Of a DNA stretch of 64,000 nucleotides, positions 49,072 through 62,150 are shown piece by piece. The position numbers were made by a program, and so were the translations under genes. How positions within the stretch are numbered: position 1 is the first letter of the stretch; each line of letters starts with the position of its first letter. Under the pieces are notes generated by a model, which searched no databases, had not been told where the DNA came from, and saw only the letters and a list, made by a program, of their open reading frames with translations. Source of the stretch: Botryllus schlosseri (Eukaryota); the NCBI GenBank assembly GCA_051294905.1, contig CM119371.1, forward strand, positions 620,001 through 684,000. The letters are read 5' to 3'.

Positions 49072-51435
49072 CACTGGTCAACAATTTTTTTTTCGTTTCT
49101 TGTTGCATGAGATTTTTTAACTGATTCTACACAATTTTAGGATGCTGATTTCAAATCTGCAATCAGTTTCTTTATGCATGCTCTAGTTTTCATGCAATCG
49201 ACAATTTAATATTTTTTCGTTAGTGGCACATAGGCCTATTTAGTGCATAAATCTGATCTGCATCGAACACTTTTTATCCATCCAGCCCTTTTTCATTTGA
49301 AGGTCCTGGAATCATTTTGTGATATCTGTGGTGTATATAGTGTACACGCTTGTCTCGTCAAAGACGTAATATAACATCGTTCGTGAAGGGTGCCTACAGA
49401 GCTTACTTTGACATCCATCTTGGCGATCAAGATAGGAAATGGTCTCCACATGTTGTGTGCCATAACTGCGAAGAAATGCTCAGAGACTGGACAAAAGGAA
49501 AGCGGAAGAGTCTGCCTTTTGGCATTCCAATGGTGTGGCGTGAACCCCAAGATCACACGACTGACTGCTACTTTTGCATGGTAAATACAAAAGGTGTTGG
49601 CAGGAAGAGCCGACAAATGCTTTCTTATCCAAGTATACCATCAGCTATACGACCTGTTCCGCACTCTGATAGATTCCCTCCTCCAGTCTTTAGTGGTTTT
49701 ACATTTTCTGAAGATGTGGAAACTGAAGCAAAGGGAAGAGGTTATGGAAATGGAGTATAAAAGAACAGATACAGGATCTGAATCTGAACATTCTTCTTGT
49801 GAAACCAGAGTAGCTGTTCAGCAGTTTAATCAATCAGAACTGAATGACTTCGTACGTGATTTAGATTTGTCCAAGCAAGCAGCTGAGCTCTTAGCCTCCA
49901 GACTCAAGGAAAAACAGGTTCTGGATCAATCTGTAAAGGTATCCTTTTTTCGAATAAGAGAAGAACTCTTTCTTCCCTATTTTTCAGAGGAAAATAAGCT
50001 GGTATTTTGCAACGATATACCTGGTCTTCTCGGACAATTGGGTATCTCCTCGTATGATCCAGGAGAATGGCGATTGTTTTTGGATAGTTCCAAGCGCAGC
50101 CTCAAGTGTGTCCTTTTACACAATGGAAATGTTTATGGAGCTGTTCCAGTTGGTCACTCTACTGTCTTGAAGGAACGGCATGATGACATTACAACTGTTA
50201 TGGGTTTGCTTAGATATCATGAGCACAACTGGATCATTTGTGTTGACCTCAAAATGGTTAGTTTTCTGCTAGGTCAGCAAAAAGGATACACTAAATTCCC
50301 ATGTTATCTATGCATTTGGGACAGCAGAGCACTTGAAAAACATTGGACACAGAAGGAGTGGCCCTTACGTGAAACATTTCAAGCTGGCATGCCTCATGTA
50401 ACACACAACCCAATCGTAAGCAGAGACAAAATTGTTTTTCCGCCCCTGCACATCAAACTAGGTCTCATGACACAGTTTGTTAAAGCTCTAATTCCTGACT
50501 ATTAATCCTTTCGTCATCTTCTTCATACTTTCCCTGCTTTGTCATATGATAAAATTAAAGCAGGAGAGTTTAATGGACCACAGATACGTACACTTATTCG
50601 TAACCAAAACTTCATTCAGAAAATGAATGTCAAGGAGAAAGCTGCATGGCTATCTTTCGTAGATGTTATAAAGAATTTTCTTGGCAACAGAAAGGCTCCA
50701 AACTATGAAACACTTGTATCCAAGATGCTCTCAGGGTTTCGTGATTTAGGATGCAACATGAGCATAAAAGTACATTTCCTGTACAGCCATCTGGACAAAT
50801 TCCCTGAAAACCTTGGGGCTGTCAGTGATGAACAGGGAGAGCGTTTCCACCAGGATCTCATGACAGTGGAAGAACGCTACCAACGTCGGTGGGAGCGACA
50901 TATGATGGCGGATTATTGTCGGGGCATCAAACGTGACTGTCCTCAAAAAGCGTACAAACGCATAAGTTATAAGAGGAAATTTTTTCCAGGGTTGTACAAT
51001 AATTAAATTTTTTGCATCTTTTCATCGATAGCTTTAAGTTTATACTGTGGATTGTCATCGTTCTTTTCAATGTCATTTTGCAACAAAAACTCGCTTATTA
51101 CATGTATTTTACCAGGAAAAATGTTCTTTGTTACATTTTTTCAAACATTTGGTGCCAAATTGTCTGTAAATAGAATTGCTAGTGGTAACACAATCATTTC
51201 TGGGAACCTATTATTGTTTTGAGGTTGGCTATTCGACTATAAGCAAGAACGTCATTTGACAAATCATGTAATTTTTCAGAAAATTTGAATTTAGTAAAAA
51301 TAAAATAAAAAATCTGTATTTGCAAAAAATCTAGACCTTCCAGAATAAAACTAAGGTCAGATTTGGATTCAGCGCCCCCAAATTAGGTAAGAACAAGTGT
51401 TGGTAGAAATGCAACAAAATTTTTGTTGACCAGTG
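49072..51435 (+). mobile_element. Chapaev3-type (CMC superfamily) DNA transposon
   Basis: CACTGGTCAACAA / TTGTTGACCAGTG termini; 3-bp TSD TAA. The adjacent tandem copy (GATTCCATAATC at ~51663) shows the empty site. Confidence 0.88.
49300..51006 (+). pseudogene. Chapaev3-type transposase with frameshifts and one in-frame stop (50503)
   Basis: FCDICG, WSPHVVCHNC, PMVWREP..H..DCYFC, DSSKRSLKCVLLHNGN, DLKMV, LHIKLGL, SDEQGERFHQD. Confidence 0.88.
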
Positions 51436-54400
51436 TAATCGATAATAATTCAAACGCAGCGAATATATGGATAAAAATCTTTCCCTTAAAATGAAAGCCG
51501 TCTGCTAAACAGAGAACCACAATCGCAAATGCACAACGGTTAGCCGAGTAAAGGTAGCCTACCTCATAGTTATAAGCTAGTCAAAACGGCACCTAAACGT
51601 TACTCAGTCGCGACTGCAATCGAACACATTCGTTATTGTAGTATCATAGCTAGTCACAGCATGATTCCATAATCCACAATAATTCAAATGCAGCTACTAG
51701 CTCGAAATCTTTGCCTCAAACTGTAAGCCGTCTGCTATACAGAGAAGCCCAATCGCAAATGCACAACGGTAGCTGCGTAATGAGTACTATGGCTTCAAAA
51801 GGGAGTCGTCTGGTAGAAATCGAAAACAATCGCCGATGTCTGTTTTGCGAGCGCCGGCCTCCTCGATCTTGCAAGTGTTTTGTACCAGATAAGGCCGTAA
51901 GTTATCGTAGGCCCCGATCGCTCACTGTCTATGTTCATTGTTAATATCTCAAATTGTGATTCACGACTCACCCTTCCCGGTGGACATTTATTTGAAGACA
52001 GCAAAGTTTCGCGACGCACATATGAATGAAAATAATATTAATGATAATTATTCCGATTTAAATATCATAAAAATGAATGATATTTGACCGCGAGCGCGTT
52101 ACAAGTGCATTTGGCTTATCGTAACTCCCACTACGTAAATAACCAATGTAGTTTTAAAATCGTAGACTCTGAGAATGTAGAATTAATATGAGTATTTTCT
52201 TCAATTTGTTGAACTTGGAAATGATTTTCTGTGCTTGGGGAGGATGATCATCACGCAATATCTATTTGACAAAACCATCATTGTGATTCAAAAATATGTA
52301 GCTCGTCTTGGAGCGGCGTTACCATATGCCGGCCTACAACACGCATTGTAAGTTCATGAAATCTTGTTATTTCTAATATAATGGACAGAGGACACCTTGA
52401 TATGGCTAATAAAGCTAACGAGTGTGATCGACCCACATATTGTCGGGGAAAATAGACATTTGATTAGCTGTCGCAAAATGATTGTAGTGGTGTTAAATTA
52501 TATTTAAAGAAATATTCTCCAACCGGTGGAGAATATACCCCAATTGTGGGGAATTTAGGGCCTTCTGGTTGGGAAAAGAATCACTTTGGAAAACATATTC
52601 TTTACAGTTTACATTATTAACTTCGTTTATTAAACGTATGTATGAAATGCCGATCGTATATATCTATAATATTTCTTCGCTCATTTGCAATTCAGCAATT
52701 CGTATTATCCCTGCCTCCAATTAGCGAGAATCGAGTGGACAGCGGCACGCGATCTCCCTCATATAGTTTGTTATTCATTCGTATACGAAATGATGGTGTG
52801 ATTGAAATCACCTGATTCGTTGAAATAAAATTTTATATGTATATGAATATGTACTCACGGGAGATCGTGGAATCGCTAATTGATAGCATAGCCGGACTCG
52901 TTACTGAGGTAATGACATATTTCTTACTGCTCGAGTAATAGTAGCGTGCGACAGTGTAGGTTTATGGTGACTTATATCTACCATACGCATAAAAGTTCGT
53001 CAACACCAGGAAGTTTATCAGACCCATGCAATATATTCGGCATTTACACATGTAAAGTGATGCTATCTTGGCACATTTGAAAAAGATTCAAACCCTTCCT
53101 ATTTTTTCTGTCAGCTTACCTCACATATCCGTTTTACGGAGGCGCAACATTGCGTGTACGGTCACCAGTTCACTGCTCATTTATTTTATTGCGTGCTGTT
53201 CCATTTTGGGATCTTAACTTTCGCCAATAGCATGTCTTTACAAAAGAAATTCAATTCTAAAGTGTATAAAGGTTGGGAACCTATATCTTATAATTTGACA
53301 ATACCTTTGTGTTATGCAATTCTGTAGATGAGGTCACTGCTAGCACGTTACCACACTAGATTTACATGTGATGAGACTCTGTTGTGATTTCCAAATAATC
53401 CCGTGTGTATAGGCCTATATACGTTTTTACACCGTTGTCGACATATGATATAAAGAAACTGGGGATATCATTGGAGCATCGGGGCTGTATAAATGGATAA
53501 TCTCATCCAAAATATTTAGAATATATACACTGGAACATTTCCACACGTCAAAAATAGAATATCCCTTGAGAGGTTGGTCAAGTTGCGAAAGTATGGAAAA
53601 AGTATCAAATAGGGTATGGAAGAATGTTGCTATGGTATGGAAAATTGTCAAGTATGGTATGGAACGATTGGGCGGGTATGGAGTATGGAAGATTCTCATT
53701 CCATTCCATACCATACCATGCCCTGCTTGCATCTGAGTTCTGATGACCATGCGTACAACACACTTGATATCAAAAAGGAAGAAATAAGTTTCTCATCAAA
53801 TCATTTATTTAATCATTTTGCGTTTTACTGAACGTCCGTTATTCTATAACAAATATCCGTCGGTTTAAAATAAATGACGACTCAATCTGAATTTCGAACA
53901 GCTAGCAAAACGCAATGTGATGCCTTGTACTTCGAAAAGACAACTTGACTTGAATTGTGACTTGACATGACTCGAGCCAAAATGCGCAATGAATCAAGAT
54001 GACTTGTGACTCGACGGTAGTGACTTGATCCAAACACTGCTGGCTGAAGAGAGAGACATGGGATATTTTGCATCATTTACCCATGTCTCAGCAACTACAT
54101 GATACTACAATAGAGCATAGAGGCAACTAGAATGGAACATGGCGGTATTTAAAAATAATTATTTGCAGATCCATCATGGTAGTTTTCTGAAGAAAATGGT
54201 TACAACCAAGATTTTTTCCACGTTTAATTTGATAGCACATCATCTTTAGAGCGCAGTGAACATTAAAAACAATCATTCTGGAATATTTTTGTACCAAAAC
54301 ATTTCTCAATAACAGTTAAACATTTTTCCCTATCGAAAAACAAAATGAGGTCGCACGTAAATGCTGGTTTTATTTTCGTTTTAATTGGGGTCAGCCATTA

Positions 54401-54482
54401 TAAAGTTGCCGACCGGTGGTCTAGAGTAGGTCAGCCCCACAATACTGACAATTGTTTTGGCTGCCTATTGGACCGCACATAC

Positions 54483-54626
54483 CTGGTCGTAAGAGTCCGC
54501 CCTGCTGAGATACAAATTCCTTTTGCCATCCTTCTCCTTCTTTTGCTTCTTCTGTTGATTTATCATCCTTTCACGTCTGTTCACAGCTTAATCAACTCGA
54601 ATCCCATTCCCTTCCAGTTTGTTGCC
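54483..54626 (-). pseudogene. RBM28: RBM28-like linker exon (paralog of 13021-13165)
   Basis: GNKLEGNGIRVD*AVNRR...KRNLYLSR; same stop position as in copy 1. Confidence 0.8.
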
Positions 54627-55907
54627 CTGTAATAGTAGTCAGATAGTCGCAAATATGTTTACAGACAGACTTGTACAATAGGGGGGACTTATTTTCAAAT
54701 ATCATCGGCTTTATTGTCAAAACGTCAGGTTACCCTAAAAACCTTGCGCAACAAATTTGACTCCAATCCAACCAGTAGATGCAGAGGTCAGTAAAATTGG
54801 TCATTTTTCAATAGAAGTATTTACGGAGACCAATTTCGTCATACCGACATGACCCAAAATCATATTCCAGGTATGCTTGAAGAAGCAGGAATGTCTTTTC
54901 CACTTGTTTTGATCTTGACAAGGGCCTGTGGCGGAGTTTGGATGAAGACATCGCCAGTAAACGAAAAAAGATATCACATGGATTAGCTGGAAATTAGTCC
55001 ACGTCACTGAAATAGACATGTTAAAATTCAATTCATGGTCGAGTAACTCAGGTAGGCCTACTTGATTTTGACAACCATACTCACGAGTAGTACAAGGAGA
55101 TTGTCAGTGGTCATCAACTCTCACAAAACATCATTATTCAATAATGAGTGGCAGCATCTCTAAATCTATTCGGGTGGCCAACAAGTTACAAATCCCAATG
55201 GGAGTGTATTTTTTTCACATACTTTTTCAGGCCCCGCCGAGTATAATATTATTTACTGGTATGCGGACTTGTGTGAGCTACCAATCTGGATAGTTGAAGG
55301 TTAACTAAAAACTGTTTTTTTTGATTAGTTCAAGTTATGGATTTTGAAAAGTGAGTAGTTTTAGTTACAGTAGCGCATTAAAAAACTAGTTCCAATAACA
55401 GGAAAACTCACGTCATCGTTTTGCGTGAATCGTGATACCGTCGTTGTGTTGTGTGATGTTTTTGCAGCCATTTCTAGCTCAGAGTCATCACTAAAGAGAC
55501 TGCCGTAGGGGCGATAGGGGTTGAAAGCCTTCCCATTTTAACTAGAAACCTTTACTTACAGAAGTGATGATTCGGTATCCAATATTTCCTATCTCGTTAG
55601 CGATTCAGTGATTTGTATTATCAGTGCTGCCAATTATCGACAATCGACAGTGCATAGTGGTATGCGATCTGGTTAGTTAGTTGCAGAGCTTTAATGGTCG
55701 TGGTTCCAGTTCTGCATATCGAACACCAAGCAGTTTGTAGGTGTCTGTTGGTATATATTATTTTAGGAAGTGGTTAGAGTTTTATCCTCATTGGTCGAAT
55801 GAATATGATCAAGTGTTGTAAAGGAAAAATGATACCATAAAATGAAACAGAAAACAAGAAAATGGAATGTCAAAGTCACAAAATGTCTGCTTTGCTTGCA
55901 GTGTTAC

Positions 55908-56125
55908 CTGTTTTCCAATGAAATTCGACTATGGGCCTCTTGATCGGTACGAAGATGCCAGCATCGTCATCAAAACTTTTCGAAGCTTTCAACGCGTGCT
56001 CGTGCTTGGTGATGTTAATGAATGCGTATCAGAGCGGTCTTCCGACCCCATCTTTGTTGAAAGTCTTCTCGAGAATCCATGATAACTGCACCATGTCGAT
56101 CTTTGAATTTGGACAGGAGAAGCTC
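55908..56125 (-). pseudogene. RBM28: RBM28-like RRM4 exon (paralog of 14431-14648)
   Basis: ...[17 protein letters not shown]...KRPIVEF; AG/GT-bounded. Confidence 0.88.
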
Positions 56126-57706
56126 CTGAAAACAGTGGAATCACTTAATCGAAGTACTCCTCAGAGTAAACGAGTTAGTCACACAAAACGGCTACAGACA
56201 AAATATAGAACATCGCTTCTCTACCTTATCAGCTTGTGTAATGGTAATATTTCCAAAAATCAAGTTCAACACAGTGTGTAATGACGACAACATCATGCAA
56301 TTTGAAACCAAGAATCTGAACATTAATCAAATGAGAAATTTGCTACCGTCCGTTTGATATCACACCTGTTATATCAGGTCTCATTGAAGCCTCTCAGAGA
56401 CGGGATAAAACCAACAACTCCCTTTTGACCATTTGATGTATTTTGGAAGAAACGCGACCAAATATTTGCCAGATATATAATACTGTCAAACATCACTATT
56501 TTGGTATTTTAGAATGTCCTCAAATTTCGGAAAGTATTTATGACACATGACTGGTCTTTAACGAGTTGTAGGCTACTTTCAAACATAGTACAGCACTTGA
56601 AGCATTGTTAGCTGAAGACTTCAAGTTTAGCATAAGGTATCGCCAGGTTAGAAAAGGTTAAGAACCACTGCTCTAGTCATTCAGTATACTACCTCGATGA
56701 TAGCACTTCATAGAACACACACATATTTCAGCAAAGAAGCTGTGTCCAGTGACAATCAGTTTAACGATAGACTTGTGTCATAGCTATGAATGGAAATTGT
56801 TAACATGACGGATCTCGAATACTCTCAACCGATGCTACTTGTTCTAGGTTCTTATGCGAGGACAGTGGTTCTTATCCTTTACTAACCCGGTGAACCGTTA
56901 CATTAATCTGAACGCATTTGGAGAACCCCATATTTTCGGCAAGTCACTAATAAGCTACCAGGTAACACATCTAATACACTACCGTACTATAGAATACTGG
57001 TCCACTGAATCAAATTTGCATTACCATCACTGTTGAAGCAAAAAAAACATATAACATGATGATCACACAACATATATTACAGTAAATGATTGAGACTTCT
57101 GCTGTATGAGTCTGATTCAGAATGACTTAGACAACTAAATAATTCTGGTTGATTGATTTCACTAATTATAGGAAAATGTCGGTAATATAATTCTAACATA
57201 ATTAGTGAAATTTTTCTTTGCTCCAATTCTAATCCGATTTTTTAATTCTAATCTATTTTCTGGTTCATTTAGAATTTCTACAGGAGAACTGTACCGTGCA
57301 AGACGAGCCGAGCATAGTGCGCAGACTTTTGTCAGCGTCATGCTTATGAGAATAAGGTCTGATATGATATGAACTGGACTTTATTCCATGTCCAAGCCTT
57401 TGCAAATGGAGTAATTCTAATTACAATCTAATTTGGTAAAACTGTGTAACTATGTAACTTGAAGTTTGGTCTAATTTGAAAAAAAAAACGGTCCAGTTAT
57501 AATTCGAATTCTAGTCTAATTTGAGGAAGAAAAAAAAAACTGTGCAGCTATAACACTAATTCTAATTTAATTTCGAAAACCTGAAAATCATGTAGTTGCC
57601 CAAGTCTGACTCATAAAACCCCTGGGGTAATCGTATGAGCCACGGTCAGTAGGCACCGCTCCAAGGTAACATACAAAGCATGCTAACAGTTGTGATTCTG
57701 ACACAC

Positions 57707-57864
57707 CTTCGACTTTTTACCGTTCACACTTCTAGGAAGATTGTCAAAATAAAGTCAAGTTGCAGAGAGACATTAGGATTTTTTCTGTTTGGCCCGTTTG
57801 GCATTGTTGATCTTTTCGCGTTTCTTCCATTCTATTGCGTTGAGACCTTTTGCGACCCGCGTTC
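57707..57864 (-). pseudogene. RBM28: RBM28-like exon (paralog of 16215-16372)
   Basis: GTRVAKGLNAIEWKKREKINNAKRAK...NLPRSVNGKK. Confidence 0.82.
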
Positions 57865-60156
57865 CTACACAAAAAAACCACAGCCGGTCAGTGTAGTCAG
57901 CATTGCAATTTACTACAAATGTTAATCGGAAGGGGCTACTTTCGAAGTAGATTCTCGATTAGAGCAAAATGATTCACACAATACACAGGAAGAATCTTGG
58001 AAACCATTTTCAACTACAACAACACAGGGGACTGTACCTCGGTAAAATAAGTGTTGTAACTTATCTTAAAACTACTCTGTAGTTTTCAAAATCACAATAC
58101 AATAGTAAGTACCGTAGTTTGGTCGTGAAGTAGAAATGGAAGTAGTCATAACATAACCAATTTAATTAGCTACCGGTATACTAAGCAAAGCATACTAAAA
58201 AGTTTTAGGAATCAAAATGGAGTCAAATGCCATCCAAGCGGAAGCAGTAATCTTCACAGCAAACAAAAACTTCACGTTGAATGAAAATGAGCTTTCAAAG
58301 TTGATGATTAATTATGATATAAATGTACGAGAATGGGTCTTTGATAAAAATGTGTTACATGATACCATGCCATAGACTGCAGGTCTGTCAGATATAATAC
58401 AATTTTATACATCGATACGCTAGTGCAGTGCTTTTCAACCTTTTTGAACACCATCAGCACTTTTTCCGCAAGATAAATTCCATGGCAACAAACCAACCGA
58501 AAATTGTTATACAAAAAGAAAATGTAGATACTTAACAAGTTTTTTTTATATGTGCAAGAAGTGCAGGCGACTGGTTCAGGCTATTAAATGTCTCATTAAA
58601 AAGACCACTCTATTCCGTAGTTTCGATTTCAACTATAGTGCACTAAACCCTTTTCGGCGAAATAAGTGTTCAGTTTTGTACAAGAACTTCTAGTGCTTGG
58701 ATATCCAGGTGTTTATAAGAACCATCCCGCACTCCTATCCAGAATACAGCGTCTTTTCCTTGTGCAAAAAAAGTTTCCGACAAAGGTCTCACAAACTTCC
58801 AGTTAGTCGAATGGCTGCAAAACCCGCATATCTGTTTCAATGCTTCTCTCATATGACTTAGAAAGTAAGCTCCAAAACTAACATGAAGAATGAGCACATA
58901 TGAGCTGGATACCTTGTGATACGCTGATAAACAGTGACCTTGGATATATAAAAACAATTTTCAAGAAATTCCTCAAATTTTACCTGCATATTATCAGACC
59001 ACTTAGGTAGCGTGAAGACCCAAAATTATACCATTTGCAACCCATACTTTGAGGAGCCGTGACGGGGACAGAATTAGCTTGACAGAAACTTGCAAGTGTG
59101 AGTCTGTGATGATGGTATGTATTACTATATTCTGGCCTCGTGCTAATCGAACCATTTTTACGAAAATATGATGATTTTCCAGAGAAATAAAGCCGACAGC
59201 CATTTTTAAATCATTAATCCCGCATGTCGCAAGCTCAGACTCAGCTGATGTACTGTAACCTATACATGCCACTACACCCGGTTTTGTACCAGACTTTTTA
59301 GTAGGTAATAAATACAGCGCACAAATTGTAATTCACTACGGCTGGCGTGAGACAAAGTTATTGTAAAAGATACGAATAGGTCAAACACGTTTTTGCATTT
59401 ACGTTTCAACGACCAAGGCTATGGAGCCACTGCACTCGAATTTCCTATCAGGTTTATTTGAATTATTCCACGCCAGAACAAGTCCGGTGACAATTATTCA
59501 CTATTTCCATCCGCATTCATCTGCACCACGTCTCTCATCCGCACTGCAAATTTTTCCATCCGCACAAATGCGTACCATTCCACAGGTTGAAAGGCACTGC
59601 GCTAGTTCATTTCATGGAGAACATCAAACTTTTGAATTAATTTATAAATTCGTAATTTATTTATCTGCGTCTTTTCATATCAGAGTTCATGCCCTACTTT
59701 GGTCTTGGCATACATCACAATTTACAATAATGTAATTGCTGGACCAAACTTTTTAAAAGTAACCTACCTTTCAACTACTTGAGGAATATTTATATGTGAT
59801 TGTGTAACCGAAGAAGACTTGCAAACCAAATTCGTTACATAATGACTCTACCTTTTGGAGAGATCTGTGAGTTTAATGAAGTCTGGAGTCTAGCCCACAC
59901 CAAAGTTGTTGCCTTTTGAGAAGAAATCCAAGAATCTGAATCAAGTTAGTGCTTTTTAATAGAGCCACATATAACGAGCGTGATATCAAAAAGGCAATAG
60001 CAACTGTCTAATTAAAATGAGCATCTGACATTTGCTTTCAAGTTGCACACTTGCCTTAAATACGTTTTAGGTGAATTTTGATTTTTGATGACTGGTCTAG
60101 AGTAGGGCAGCACCACAATACTGAAAAGCTTGTGTTGGATATTGGCCCTCATGTGC

Positions 60157-60304
60157 CAGGTCGAACGAGACATTACCTGCCGCGATACGAATTCCTCTTG
60201 TTCTAATTTTCATGATTTCGGTTCTTCTGTTGACTGGGAATCCTTTTCATATCAGTACTGCTCACTGCTTGATACGCTTGAATCTTACGCGTTCAGGATC
60301 TTGC
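60157..60304 (-). pseudogene. RBM28: RBM28-like linker exon (paralog of 18759-18908)
   Basis: ..QAVSS...KRNSYRGR*CLVRP; donor mutated to GC. Confidence 0.72.
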
Positions 60305-61364
60305 CTGAAATGGCAGCCATATATTTATTTACAGACAGACTTGTACAAACTACCAATCTACTTAGTTGGTGATCAACTAACTACTACTAGAACTTACTAC
60401 CGATTAGTTAGTTCTAGTTGCGGATTTTGAAAAGCGAGTAGTTCTAGTTCTAGCTCATGTTGCGGATTTCATAAGGTTAGTAGTGAGTGATAGCTGGGTT
60501 CTAATGACTCGACTCGAGTCACGATTTTTGGTGAACCGACTGGACTCGAGTATTTTCTACAAATGCATAAAATGACTCAAATCGACTCGAGTTATTTCGT
60601 GCATTGACTCAACTTGTACCCGAGTCATTATACATGACTCGAACCAAGTCATGTGACTCGAGACTAGGACGGCCAAGACAGACATTTCATTGTAACTTCA
60701 TAAAATTGTTATGTAATCATATTATTGGTATTTCGGCTATCGGTCCTGATACTTGTAAAATAGGGTCAGGAACTGTTAGAATTGAGGAAGATTACGATGT
60801 TATGAATGCGGGCAATTCTATATCACTAGAGCACAGTTAAAAAAGTGGGTTGAATCGGATTGAGATCAAAACTTAACAGTGAACACAATGACATGGACTC
60901 AGACTTGACTAGATGTTGAATTGAAAATGACTCGACTTGACTCGAGTCAAAACTATAAAAGTAAAATTGACTTGTGACTCGGATTCTTCTGACTTGGTCA
61001 CAATCCTGAGTTCTAGTTGCACAATTATAAAATAAACAACTAGAAAACACGCGTTTTCCTATGAAGTAAATCATGATACCGGTGTTCTGTCGTGATAGGT
61101 TCTTGCAGTCATCACTACTGACAGGTGCATAGCCTGGGTTTGAGGGTCGAAACGCTGCCATTTGACCCTCGAAACCAGTTCCTATTAAAATGCAGTTTCT
61201 ATCTCATTTGCAATGCAAAGTTTGTATTATAATCAGAGTTAGATGTGTTTCATTTAGGCAGTATGGGATTTCCAAAGGCCGTTAGGTCTACATGTACTTG
61301 CAGTTGCGAGTGTTGCAATAGCCGCAATATTGAATTAAAAGTAAACACGGACACATCTACTTAC

Positions 61365-61445
61365 ATTTTCGTCTCAATTCAGCACGTTGACACAGTTTGT
61401 CGCTTCTTCCGAGGTCTTGAATTGGACGAGAGCACCATCTCTTGG
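61365..61445 (-). pseudogene. RBM28: RBM28-like RRM3 exon, 5'-truncated
   Basis: GALVQFKTSEEATNCVNVLN*DEN|gtaagt. Confidence 0.7.
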
Positions 61446-62014
61446 TTATTTTTCTCCGATTCAATTCCCGAAATAATCGTCTCTTGTCGATTCGGTCCAT
61501 ATTTCGCAAAATTCGCGGTCTTTTGTGGTATTTTAGACTAAAAATAAGGACAAATTGCCAAAAATGTGGAATTTTGGGCGAAGGGAGAACAGTTCTTGAA
61601 AAAGGAGGACAAATCCTTATAAATGTGGACGCATAGTTGGAAGTTTTCTACTTGAGAAGCCTTACTGACTACGTTGACCACCTCTGCATACCGTCCACTT
61701 TTCCACTTATTGTGACGTCAGGGTCAAAATTTGAGTACGTCACACATATATTCCTCACCATGTTAGTTATGAAAGCAGGCAACAATCTACACCCCCCAAG
61801 AAACGCGGACTGCAGATTTGTACGAACTACCAATCTGGTTAGTTGGCATTGAGCCAACTACTGGCTTATTTGAGTAGTTCTAGTTGTAGCTGCAAGTTTT
61901 GTAAACTGAGCAGTCTTAGTCTTAGTATCAAGTTTTGAATATCCAGTGGTTCGCACATGTCTGGCGGACTACTGACTAGCAATACAATGAGACACGTAAC
62001 AAAATAAGCTCTAC

Positions 62015-62150
62015 CTTGGCATAGAAAATCCGAGAAAGCTTCGGCCAAACCGTCTTCCAAAACATCGAGACAGATTTAGAACAAATACAGTCCGTACTTT
62101 GCGACCATCGTGAGACGTCTTGGAAGCGTGTTTCTTCTAGGACTTGACAA
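62015..62150 (-). pseudogene. RBM28: RBM28-like RRM3 first exon (RNP2)
   Basis: KKHASKTSHDGRKVRTVFVLNLS/DVLEDGLAEAFSDF/YAK|gt vs RBM28 [32 protein letters not shown]. Confidence 0.78.

Larger units (their letters stand above)
47207..51933 (-). mobile_element. Decayed P element
   Basis: CAT...ATG ends; ~110-bp imperfect inverted repeats (core GGGGCCTACGATAACTTACGGCCTTAT); 7-bp TSD TTGATTG / TTCATTG. Confidence 0.75.
46992..53725. mobile_element. Non-autonomous hAT-type element with (GGTAT)n ends, carrying nested P and Chapaev3 elements
   Basis: 20-bp TIR CAGGGCATGGTATGGTATGG; perfect 8-bp TSD CTTGCATC (46984-46991, 53726-53733); single-copy empty site at 11111-11118. Confidence 0.92.
38880..60370 (+). 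repeat. Segmental duplication, copy 2
   Basis: Collinear paralog of 2090-18980; longer because of the 46992-53725 insertion and retained segments at 39510-40610 and 41330-42490. Confidence 0.95.

Noticed and set aside
61445..61640. Minus-strand FAKYGP as part of the RRM exon
   Set aside because: It lies in a segment with AAATAAGGACA hAT subterminal-type motifs, and the corresponding RRM region is already encoded by 62015-62150; probably coincidence.
55908..62150. A functional spliced RBM28 gene
   Set aside because: Nearly every exon has a stop or frameshift, one donor is mutated, and the N-terminal RRM exons were not found.
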